A DNA stretch of 64,000 nucleotides, taken from the IMG/VR virus record IMGVR_UViG_3300007513_001761, positions 49,249-113,248 of that record. One strand, given 5' to 3'. The notes below the pieces were generated by a model. That model did no database searches. It was not told the origin of the DNA and worked only from the letters and a program-made list of their open reading frames with translations. The stretch is from a virus. Below, piece after piece: positions 48,680 through 56,684 of this stretch. How positions within the stretch are numbered: the first letter of the stretch is position 1; the number at the start of each line of letters is the position of its first letter. The translations under genes and the position numbers were made by a program.

Positions 48680-49759
48680 TTAGCCTCCCAAGATGCTGAC
48701 CAAGTGATCGCTGACGCGCTTGCCGCCAGTAGTTTCTGCCTTGTGCAGTGCGACCACGTTGTTCACGTTGTCGGCATCACCCAGGACGGTCCACATCTTC
48801 ATAGCCACCTCGGAGGGCAGCGTGACGAAGTAGTTGGCCAGGTTCTGCACCTGCGTCTCGGTCAGATCCGCTGCAAAGGTCTCCGCAGCTTCAAACTTTT
48901 GGATCATGGCAGCGTGATCGTTGATGCCCCACTCGGAGGTCTTAGCGATATCGCCACTATCAAGGATGTCCTCAATGGTCACCTGCCAAGCGTAGTTAAC
49001 AACGAAGTCCTTGAGTGCTACCGCTGCCTCGAAACCGAGAAACGCAGTGGCCAGGTTGAAAAGCAGGTCTTGATCGCCGCCCTCTTCAAACACGCCAGCA
49101 GGTGCGGCGGTGTTGTTGAACCGTGCCCAAGACCGGCGAGAAGGATAAACCTTGTTGGGCTCAAAGTCGCCCTTGTGCTCAAGGTGCAACCGGTTGTGGT
49201 TGATGAAGTCCCAGACAACGGTGTTCACCTTGCCGTCCTTCGCCCAGTTCAGCCAGTCCTCGTCAGAGGGATCCACATCGAAGACGGTCCAGCGGTCGAG
49301 TTCTGCCGGGTCCATCTCACCGACTTGGTACTGGGCACCATGCTCGCCACCGTTCACGGCTGCGATGATGATGGTCTCCGGGTGAAGGTTCCACCCGTTG
49401 ATCTTGCGGGAATCGGTCAACTCGAAGAGACCCTGACGGACCTCCATCGTTGCGCGGTCTACCTCATCGAGAAACAGCACCACCGGCTGCTCGCATGCGG
49501 TCACGAGCCAGTCGGGCGCGTTCCACGTCGTGGCCTTGCGACCGTTGATCGAAGTGTCTGCCGTGTCGGGCAGACCGAGAAGATCGCCCTCGGTCATCTG
49601 GGACGCCCGGCGCTCCACCACAGGCAGAGTCATCTGATCAGCGATCATGTAGACCACCTCGGACTTGCCGACGCCATGGCGACCGCGAATAAGCACGGGC
49701 AGCTTGGCGCTGATGATGTGAGGGGCGACGGAAAGGAAGGTTGCGAAATCGACGGACAT
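48680..49759 (-). CDS. MoxR/dynein-related AAA+ ATPase
   Basis: GRHGVGKS Walker A; LFLDEVDRA Walker B; AAVN; DPAELDRW; PSRRSW. Confidence 0.92.
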   Translation of the reverse strand: MSVDFATFLSVAPHIISAKLPVLIRGRHGVGKSEVVYMIADQMTLPVVERRASQMTEGDLLGLPDTADTSINGRKATTWNAPDWLVTACEQPVVLFLDEVDRATMEVRQGLFELTDSRKINGWNLHPETIIIAAVNGGEHGAQYQVGEMDPAELDRWTVFDVDPSDEDWLNWAKDGKVNTVVWDFINHNRLHLEHKGDFEPNKVYPSRRSWARFNNTAAPAGVFEEGGDQDLLFNLATAFLGFEAAVALKDFVVNYAWQVTIEDILDSGDIAKTSEWGINDHAAMIQKFEAAETFAADLTETQVQNLANYFVTLPSEVAMKMWTVLGDADNVNNVVALHKAETTGGKRVSDHLVSILGG

Positions 49760-49800
49760 TTAGGCTCCAGAGATTAGTTGTTTCTCACTCTTACTTTATA

Positions 49801-49853
49801 AGTATACAGGAAAAAAGGTTTCAGGTCAAGGTTTATTTGTCAAGAGAATGTCA
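49801..49853 (-). promoter_or_regulatory. Composite promoter copy 4
   Basis: TGACA-N6-TGACA-N8-TTGACC-N17-TATACT. Confidence 0.88.
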
Positions 49854-50106
49854 AAGGAAAGCCGCCGTCTGCCCATTGCAAACCCGACTCTGTGATGGTC
49901 CACTCATCGAGCCAACGCCCATCCATGGATCGCTCACGCTCGATCAAACCTTCGAGCACAAGCATGTCCAGGGCAAGACGTGGCCACGAGGTTTCGGGCG
50001 CTTGCAGGCTATACATGCCATCGCGACTGGTCACGACACGACGCAGCATGTAGATATCCCGCCTCGAAAGCAGCTTATCGTTGAACATATAAAGTCTCTC
50101 TCTCAT
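49840..50106 (-). CDS. Putative winged-helix protein
   Basis: L..L...GLI......W.ITE.G pattern. Confidence 0.55.
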   Translation of the reverse strand: MRERLYMFNDKLLSRRDIYMLRRVVTSRDGMYSLQAPETSWPRLALDMLVLEGLIERERSMDGRWLDEWTITESGLQWADGGFPLTFS

Positions 50107-50936
50107 GCTTTCTTTGCCTTAAAGGCGGCAACGATGGTGTCTGATTCCCCGGAAAGCCAGTTAGCAGGGGGATTAATCTTGTCCGCGCTGACGGGGGAAA
50201 CCAGGGCACGGCGCTGGTAGTCGTTTTCTGAATCGTCCAGCTTCCAAGCTCCCAGGGTGCTGCCCATGCGAGGGGTAACATCGCCATGCACATCGACTCG
50301 AAGGATGTCCTGGTCCTCATTACGAAGATAGGGAAGCTCCATAGACTCACGGCGCTGGGTGTCCAGCTTATCCATCCGATGCAGAACGAGCACCGGGGCG
50401 CGCGAGTTGTAAATAGACATTTTATCCCACATTACATCGGTCACCATGCACACCACCTCGCGGCGATCCCAGCGCTTCTCGCCTGGGTTCTCGGGATCTG
50501 GGAAGTAGTCAGAATACCTTTGTGAAACGAGAGATCCCACCCCGATACCAGCGGCGCGCATGCCCTCAAGCACTACGCTGCGCATGGCGGCGGTCTTTTC
50601 GATGGCCCTCTGAATGTCTGCTTTTAGGGCAGAGCAGGTGCGGCGCGTGTGCCCCAAACCTTCTTCGGCCTCATCGCCATACTTGTACTTGCAGTAGGAG
50701 CAGCGGCGAGTGGGTCCGCGCTTTTCCAGCTTGTCGCCGGTCAGCGGGTTAACACCAGTCCGCACGGCGATCTTATCGGCCATCATTTTAGCCATGCGCT
50801 TGTCATAATCACAATCGCTAGCGTTGAAGCGATCAAAACGTTTTTGCAAACGCTTGAGTGCTTCAGGGCAAGACCTTCTGTTGTGTCCGCGCTGGTAGCA
50901 CGCGCCGCATCGAACTGTTCCGTAGTGATTACCCAT
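50103..50936 (-). CDS. Protein with two CCHC-type zinc knuckles
   Basis: CGAC...GHNRRSC and CSYC...GHTRRTC. Confidence 0.75.
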   Translation of the reverse strand: MGNHYGTVRCGACYQRGHNRRSCPEALKRLQKRFDRFNASDCDYDKRMAKMMADKIAVRTGVNPLTGDKLEKRGPTRRCSYCKYKYGDEAEEGLGHTRRTCSALKADIQRAIEKTAAMRSVVLEGMRAAGIGVGSLVSQRYSDYFPDPENPGEKRWDRREVVCMVTDVMWDKMSIYNSRAPVLVLHRMDKLDTQRRESMELPYLRNEDQDILRVDVHGDVTPRMGSTLGAWKLDDSENDYQRRALVSPVSADKINPPANWLSGESDTIVAAFKAKKA

Positions 50937-50981
50937 GTTTTCTATCCTCTCGGGGGGGTGTCTTTCTCGACTTGATGATCT

Positions 50982-51034
50982 ATTATCTCATATGCGGCGC
51001 GCAAAGTCAACGCCCAAATGCAAAGTGAATGTCA
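50982..51034 (-). promoter_or_regulatory. Composite promoter copy 5
   Basis: TGACA-N6-TTGCA-N8-TTGACT-N17-GATAAT. Confidence 0.8.
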
Positions 51035-51262
51035 AGAGACGATTTCCAAGGCCGAAGCTGCCATACGAGCAGGTTTCTTCTCGCCCGCCCAGAGCACCAG
51101 CGGATCACCCTTGTCGGGGTTCACATCTCCAAAGTGATCGAAGGCGACGAGAACGCCGACCTTGCGAGCATGCACGGACAGACGAAGTCGGGCGCGCTCG
51201 GCAGCGCGATCCGCCTTGAAGCGGACCAGGCAGCCGGGGGAAATGTCGTCTTTCGTCATCAT
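51032..51262 (-). CDS. GDLV-type mini-protein (SPGCLV), probably leaderless
   Basis: ATG 6 nt after the -10; ends LEIVS with stop in promoter box. Confidence 0.7.
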   Translation of the reverse strand: MMTKDDISPGCLVRFKADRAAERARLRLSVHARKVGVLVAFDHFGDVNPDKGDPLVLWAGEKKPARMAASALEIVS

Positions 51263-51268
51263 GTATAC

Positions 51269-51321
51269 ATTATCCCATGAAACAGGGAAGAAGTCAAGGT
51301 TGGTTTGTCAGGAGAATGCAA
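51269..51321 (-). promoter_or_regulatory. Composite promoter copy 6
   Basis: TTGCA-N6-TGACA-N8-TTGACT-N17-GATAAT. Confidence 0.8.
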
Positions 51322-51323
51322 AA

Positions 51324-51506
51324 GGAGGCGATAGAGAGTGTGCGCTGTCCTTACCGCGCACGTCGCTTAGTCCCGCTTCAACTGCCACTTCGCGGCTAGC
51401 CTGCCTAAGAAGTCCGCGTTATGTGACTTCTAACCCTTGTTTTCAGCAGATGGGTTCGTTTGGGACGGTGAACCCGTTACTTTAGTTATGGCTCTCTATC
51501 GCCTCC
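51324..51506 (-). ncRNA. Candidate 183-nt multi-stem structured RNA
   Basis: Perfect 15-bp terminal inverted repeat GGAGGCGATAGAGAG/CTCTCTATCGCCTCC followed by TTTT; several internal stems; possible pseudoknot. Confidence 0.7.
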
Positions 51507-51522
51507 GGCACTTACTCCTCCA

Positions 51523-52338
51523 TTATCGACTTTCTCCCTTCTTTTTCTTGGGTACTCGATGGGTTTTAAGATCGCGCTCTTCTGCGATGATCGTTTGGGT
51601 GCCTCCCACCGGCAGAAGTTTGTAAACCTTGTTGCCGCGCGCTGCGGCGACGGGAATCTCGGCGTTGGCTTGAATGACCACGGCCATTTCGGAAGGCATC
51701 TTGCGCCGGAGCGCCCAGGAAGCACTACCGCGCAGCGATACCATGCTTCCAACCTCGTATTTCGGGGCATCGAAGTAGCCCGCTAGTACCTTGGTTGCGT
51801 ACTTGTTGTTGGTCAAGCGGTCATAATCGCCCTTTGATGGTACACTTTCGGGGCTCAGACGCGCGCGCGACACGATCCGCTGAAAGTAGCCGTTCTTCCG
51901 GTAGTATTCCACCATCACATCAAACTTTTGACGCATCTCTGGGGTAAAGTCCTTCTCCCATGAGGCGCGCGTGGCCACTTGTCCGGCGGTCCAGTTGCTT
52001 TCAATGTTGGCCAAAACCTCTTGCTGACGAGGAGACAACGCGCTGCCTGCCATCAGTTGCTTCAGAAGGCTCTCGGTGAAGCCGAGCCCCCACTGTGCAT
52101 CGTCTCCACTCATGCGAGAACGCAACCCCTTGATGCGCGCGATCATTTCTTCATCGCGTGCAGGAGGGCTGTCATAGCGCGCTTCCAGTTGCAGCAGGCA
52201 ACGCTTCCGTCCGGCGGTCAGCGTGCGGCGGTGTTTGTAAGAACCATAGAGAGATTCCGCAAACGTCCGATCTCGCTCGCTCAAGTAATCTTTGGCGAGA
52301 AGGGCGGCGAAGCGGTCAGCGTAAGTGATGCGAGGCAT
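51523..52338 (-). CDS. Hypothetical protein with repeated F.ESL...L(S/T) helical units and C-terminal SH3-like domain
   Basis: AGGAG RBS; YEVGSMV...YK.L. Confidence 0.75.
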   Translation of the reverse strand: MPRITYADRFAALLAKDYLSERDRTFAESLYGSYKHRRTLTAGRKRCLLQLEARYDSPPARDEEMIARIKGLRSRMSGDDAQWGLGFTESLLKQLMAGSALSPRQQEVLANIESNWTAGQVATRASWEKDFTPEMRQKFDVMVEYYRKNGYFQRIVSRARLSPESVPSKGDYDRLTNNKYATKVLAGYFDAPKYEVGSMVSLRGSASWALRRKMPSEMAVVIQANAEIPVAAARGNKVYKLLPVGGTQTIIAEERDLKTHRVPKKKKGESR

Positions 52339-52363
52339 GGGTTAAACTCCTTTCTACTCTCTA

Positions 52364-52416
52364 AGTATCTCATAGAACGAGGTAGAAGTCAAGGTTTCTT
52401 TGTCAGGGAAATGTCA
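52364..52416 (-). promoter_or_regulatory. Composite promoter copy 7
   Basis: TGACA-N6-TGACA-N8-TTGACT-N17-GATACT. Confidence 0.82.
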
Positions 52417-52424
52417 ACAAAGGT

Positions 52425-52820
52425 TTATTCGTCTTCTTCCACGATCACAGGGGTTGCTGTGCCCTGCATCATGCGCTGGAGGGCTGCACGTCGCTGTGCT
52501 GCCATCGAGCCCAGCCGCACATCAGAATCACCAAAAGCCTGTTGAGACCTGGCTTTCTTTATTTCGCGCGCTTGGAGTCCAATCTGAATAAACTGCTCTG
52601 CTGCTGCGGGCGGTGCTTCGTTGAACCTATCGTCCCACCCATCATCGCGGTGCAACATTTCGCGCAAGTCATCCTCCAATGCTGTAAGTTCGTTGATGCG
52701 ATCAGCAAGCTCCGGCGACGGCAAACAACCTGCTGACGTTTTGCCCACTTCAATGATGTGTGCGCCGACTGCCGTCATCAGCAGGGAAAGTTCGCGATCT
52801 GTTAGTTCGAGGGTTTTCAT
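52425..52820 (-). CDS. Hypothetical protein
   Basis: GGAG RBS. Confidence 0.65.
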   Translation of the reverse strand: MKTLELTDRELSLLMTAVGAHIIEVGKTSAGCLPSPELADRINELTALEDDLREMLHRDDGWDDRFNEAPPAAAEQFIQIGLQAREIKKARSQQAFGDSDVRLGSMAAQRRAALQRMMQGTATPVIVEEDE

Positions 52821-52845
52821 GTGTCATATCTCCAAGTGATGCTCT

Positions 52846-52898
52846 ATTATCTCATTAAACAGGGGGAAAGTCAAGGTTTGTTTGTGAGGGAAATGTCA
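52846..52898 (-). promoter_or_regulatory. Composite promoter copy 8
   Basis: TGACA-N6-TCACA-N8-TTGACT-N17-GATAAT. Confidence 0.8.
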
Positions 52899-53180
52899 AG
52901 TAATCTTCTGGAACATGTCGAACCGGTCATCAACAAAGTTTTTGACTTCGCGCAGCCCATCAAAACGTGGAGGTTCGCCGGACCCGCGTGCTGTTTCTGC
53001 CATTTTTGCGCATTCATGCCCGTAAGCACGGAGCAACTTGATCAACTCGATCTTGCTGAAAATCGCCTTTCTTCCGTAAGAAGAAAGACCTGCGTGTTTG
53101 CGCGCAAGAATGTTTGCGATCTGAAGTGCGTCTTTCAAACCTTCTCGATCTTCCGTGTCTAAAACTAGTGTAACTTTCAT
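52896..53180 (-). CDS. Protein with ribosomal L7/L12 C-terminal-like motif
   Basis: KIELIKLLR.....GLREVKNFVD. Confidence 0.55.
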   Translation of the reverse strand: MKVTLVLDTEDREGLKDALQIANILARKHAGLSSYGRKAIFSKIELIKLLRAYGHECAKMAETARGSGEPPRFDGLREVKNFVDDRFDMFQKIT

Positions 53181-54059
53181 TTAACTGCCTCAATGCTTCG
53201 GTGGTGGAATGGCCAAACCTTTCCCTGAACGAGCACATCGTAAAAGGTGTTGTTGACCCCGTGGCGCGGTTCACTCACAATGATCCCGATGGGCTTACCA
53301 TCAATATACTTGCAACGTACTAAATCACCGACTTTCACTGATCACCTCTGCTTCGTCGGCTCGCACTTCCACGGCTCCAAGTTTGTCCGCAACTTTCAGC
53401 ACTCGCACCAAGCCCTCCATGCGCTCGCCTATGATGATGCCTCGATACTGTGTGTATTCCCACGGCTCAAAAGCTGAGCCGGTACCGGTTGAGTACCATT
53501 TCCAACGGATAAGATCACCGATTTCCATTTAGAACCTCCACTTCACCCAAGTGACAAGAATAATACTCGCCGTTCCATAAAACCCTTGCACGAGCATAGA
53601 CATGGGGATCGTAATCATCAAACGACATGAAGATCCCGATAACCTTCTTACCCTCAACTGTGAACCTCACCAGATCACCCTTTTCCATTAACCACCTCCC
53701 ATTCGCTCGCCATGCCGCGATACTTGGTGCTACCGACTAAAACCGTGATCACTTCATAAGGGGTACCAAGCACGCCTATGGTGATCACAACACCAGGCTT
53801 ATCAGTGTACGTGAAGCGCTTGTTGTTTTTAGCAGCCCAAAACATCATAGGTTTCATTTTCACCAAATCACCGACGTTCATTGATCACCTCAATATCTCG
53901 GCGGTAGTAAGCCGATGGCTGCTCGTGGGCATAGCCGTGAAAAGCAATAATCGGATCGTTGTCGCTGTCGAAACTGACCACAATGCCAGTTCCTAAGCGG
54001 GACGGCTTTTCCACATCTTCACGGGCATCAGCGAAAACTACCAGATCACCGACGTTCAT
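53177..54059 (-). repeat. Cassette run 2: five chained GDLV mini-genes (53177-53338, 53325-53528, 53515-53688, 53675-53881, 53868-54059)
   Basis: Two members (53 and 57 aa) translated by hand, below the ORF-track cutoff; 14-nt overlaps. Confidence 0.88.
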
Positions 54060-54204
54060 CTGCTTGCCCCTTGTGCTTGCCGTGCCGCACGTAACCGCGC
54101 TTGCTGTGAAATCCTGCGCCTTTGCGTCCAGTGAGACCTTTGGCGTGTGCGATCACCCAGTTGCGGGCTTTCGGCGTCTTGTTCTTGCTCTTTCTCTTAC
54201 TCAT
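54046..54204 (-). CDS. 52-aa basic protein with ArfA-like C-terminal motif, leaderless
   Basis: Manual translation MSKRKSKNKTPKARNWVIAHAKGLTGRKGAGFHSKRGYVRHGKHKGQADERR. Confidence 0.6.
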   Translation of the reverse strand: MSKRKSKNKTPKARNWVIAHAKGLTGRKGAGFHSKRGYVRHGKHKGQADERR

Positions 54205-54210
54205 ACATGT

Positions 54211-54263
54211 ATTATAGAGGATTTCGCCCTCAGAGTCAAGGGTTTAATGTCAGGAGAATGTCA
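54211..54263 (-). promoter_or_regulatory. Composite promoter copy 9
   Basis: TGACA-N6-TGACA-N8-TTGACT-N17-TATAAT. Confidence 0.9.
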
Positions 54264-54446
54264 GGTCTTTGCCATCCTCTCAAGCCGACTTTCCCGAAAA
54301 GGTTTAATCAGGTTCCGCTTCGTGAGGTATACATAGTAGCATAAATGCCCGACTATCGGCTCGGGATGTTTGCGCATCACGATACCCGTATGCAGAATGT
54401 GGCCAGTCCCCACAATACGCACCAGATCGCCTTTCTTAAAGCTCAT
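54261..54446 (-). CDS. GDLV mini-protein (MSFKKGDLV)
   Basis: GAGG RBS; stop lies in promoter box. Confidence 0.75.
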   Translation of the reverse strand: MSFKKGDLVRIVGTGHILHTGIVMRKHPEPIVGHLCYYVYLTKRNLIKPFRESRLERMAKT

Positions 54447-54454
54447 TTCAATCC

Positions 54455-54772
54455 TCAACCCTGCAACTGGGTTTGTACCACGGCAATCCGATACTCGGCG
54501 TGGCTTTGGTCCCAGAGCACATCGCACCATGAGCGAAAGATGGAATACAGATCGCCGCTCGATTTTGCCTTAAGCTCTTCGGTGGAACCGACAAAGCAAC
54601 GTTCGCCGTTGTCATCCACATATGTGGACAACGAGCCCTGTTGTGGCAGCGCGCCTATCAGATACTCATAGATGTCTTCAATAGCGCAGATTAAAGCCCC
54701 CTTACGGGTCATGTGAACGCTCGTAAAAGCCTCACCATCATAGGTGCCCACTGTGGAATATACTTTTATCAT
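54455..54772 (-). CDS. Hypothetical protein
   Basis: Start MIKVYS with ATGA overlap. Confidence 0.6.
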   Translation of the reverse strand: MIKVYSTVGTYDGEAFTSVHMTRKGALICAIEDIYEYLIGALPQQGSLSTYVDDNGERCFVGSTEELKAKSSGDLYSIFRSWCDVLWDQSHAEYRIAVVQTQLQG

Positions 54773-55113
54773 GCGCTTCTCTTCTCTTTGCTCTCGGCCA
54801 ACATCTTCTCTACCCATGCACCACCAAACTCGGCTGCGTACTTGTCGCGGAGAACCAGCAACTTCTCGCCGTCCTTCACTTCGTTGCGCAGCTTGTAGCC
54901 AGGAATCAAAAACTCGGTCCCTGGAGGCATGCCGATAAACACAGAGCACACAGCATAGGGCACAGACTTCCACCGGGTTTTTTGCTCTCCGGTCTTCTTG
55001 TCCTTCCAACTGCTGCGGAAGCGCCGAAAGCGCATGTCAATCACGCGCGCTTGAAGCAAGCCGCCGTCTGGTTTTTGAATCATTACGATGTCGTCTTTGG
55101 TCAGATAAGCCAT
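54769..55113 (-). CDS. Hypothetical beta-rich protein
   Basis: AAGGA RBS. Confidence 0.7.
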   Translation of the reverse strand: MAYLTKDDIVMIQKPDGGLLQARVIDMRFRRFRSSWKDKKTGEQKTRWKSVPYAVCSVFIGMPPGTEFLIPGYKLRNEVKDGEKLLVLRDKYAAEFGGAWVEKMLAESKEKRSA

Positions 55114-55143
55114 TGAATGTGTCCTTTCTTGAGGTTATGCCTT

Positions 55144-55196
55144 ATTATGCCACAGGGAGATTGAGAAGTCAACCCTCAAATGTCAAGAGGATGTCA
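55144..55196 (-). promoter_or_regulatory. Composite promoter copy 10
   Basis: TGACA-N6-TGACA-N8-TTGACT-N17-CATAAT. Confidence 0.85.
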
Positions 55197-55739
55197 GGAC
55201 TTCAAGGGTGTGCGTTGGAGTTTGAAAGGTGCCGTAAGATCCCCAGCAAACCTTGGCAATCCCCGCATTCATCTCTACAATGATTCCGATTCCCTTCCAG
55301 GTGCTGCGCTTGGCCAGTAGTCCATACTTCTTGCGGACCAGATCGCCAATGGCCAAAGGTTTATTCACAGTTTCAGAGTTTTTCATAGTAGTAGCTCGGA
55401 TCTTGAATGATTCCCTCAGAAAGAGAATGGATTTTGAGAATGGGATATTCGGACTCTCCCCACCCTAGTGCTTTTGATTCTGGAGTTTCAACGTGGATAA
55501 TATCCAAAATGACACAAACACCACCGGGCTTGCGATGTTGCCACACCAAATCACCCACTTTCATTTAGCACCTCTAAGTTCGCACCCAGACACGAGAAAC
55601 TATGGCCATCAAGAGCGCGCAAGTCGTAAATAAACCGCGTTTCACCAGCGGAATCTTTGACTGAATGGCGAACACGCACAATCAAAGCCAAGATCATGCC
55701 AGGGTGGGTTTTGACCACCACCAGATCACCGACTTTCAT
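55183..55739 (-). repeat. Cassette run 3: three chained GDLV mini-genes (55183-55386, 55373-55564, 55551-55739)
   Basis: 14-nt overlaps. Confidence 0.85.
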
Positions 55740-56114
55740 TTAGAAGTCCAGATTGATGGTGGTGTAGGGGTAGATATCCTGAAAGCCGTATCCGCGACTC
55801 TCAATGTCTGTACTATTTTCGCCCACTCGAACAAAGCGATAAAGCTCATCCAGTTGCATGCGTTGGCCATTAACTTCAATCTCAGTGCCCTCGTCGAGCT
55901 TTTCCATGAACGCCTCAATGGCTTCAATGACTGCATAGGAACTATACCATTTAATAGAGTTCCACCGAAACATGATCCCATCTTCGCGTTCTCTCTTTTC
56001 GTCGCAATCCTCATGGCACAAAGTGTGTGCGCCTGGACAACTTGTGAAAAGATGCATCAGCATTCCTTCGATTCGCTTGTCAACCACCAACACTACTTCT
56101 GAACGATAACCCAT
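55740..56114 (-). CDS. Hypothetical phage protein (MGYRSEV family)
   Basis: AGGAG RBS; W..IKWY, RFVRVGE...D. Confidence 0.75.
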   Translation of the reverse strand: MGYRSEVVLVVDKRIEGMLMHLFTSCPGAHTLCHEDCDEKREREDGIMFRWNSIKWYSSYAVIEAIEAFMEKLDEGTEIEVNGQRMQLDELYRFVRVGENSTDIESRGYGFQDIYPYTTINLDF

Positions 56115-56143
56115 GTGCTCTCCTTTTTTGAGCTTGTGATAAG

Positions 56144-56196
56144 AGTATAGCAGAAGACCAGAGCGCGGTCAAGGACCAAATGTCAGAGACATGTCA
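56144..56196 (-). promoter_or_regulatory. Composite promoter copy 11
   Basis: TGACA-N6-TGACA-N8-TTGACC-N17-TATACT. Confidence 0.88.
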
Positions 56197-56200
56197 AAGG

Positions 56201-56621
56201 TCATGCGCTGCTGATTAAATCCAGTTCTCCCAAATGAAACCAGACTGAGGGCACCCACTTGTGCTCGGAGTTAATGTGGTTAGTGTGAAAGTAAACACGA
56301 TAGGAGGTATCTATCAGCGGATGTTTTGACCGTTCTATTTCCACAATAATGCCCACCATGTGGTGCGCCGTTCGTCGTTTGGGTTTAACCAAGTCACCGA
56401 CTTTCACTTAGTACCTCAAATCGTTCCAACGCAAAGTGTGAGAGGGTAGTAGCATGGCCACCGTGGACCGGCAACGGCTCAAACCATCGCACTGCTAAAC
56501 GAGGCTTACCATCGACCGGAGCAACCGGCGTAAAGTGTGTAATGTAACCCACATGCCCGATGAAGTGATGATAACTCTCACCTTCGGACAACCCAACGTA
56601 TTTAATAATCGATCCAATCAT
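56201..56621 (-). repeat. Cassette run 4: 56201-56407 (GDLV) and 56394-56621 (MIGSII..., leaderless)
   Basis: 14-nt overlap; 56201-56407 is a paralog of 56685-56891. Confidence 0.8.
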
Positions 56622-56627
56622 GTTATG

Positions 56628-56680
56628 ATTATAGTCTCTGGCGATCAAAAAGTCAAGCGCCACATGTCAGAGAAATGTCA
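56628..56680 (-). promoter_or_regulatory. Composite promoter copy 12
   Basis: TGACA-N6-TGACA-N8-TTGACT-N17-TATAAT. Confidence 0.9.
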
Positions 56681-56684
56681 AACG

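Noticed and set aside
46225-49777. Long plus-strand ORFs (46225-47187, 48704-49777; also 24299-25153)
   Set aside because: Antisense shadows of well-supported minus-strand genes, with no motifs of their own.
51324-51506. MITE with 15-bp terminal inverted repeats
   Set aside because: Single copy, no target-site duplication, and rich internal pairing plus a 3' T run favour an RNA.
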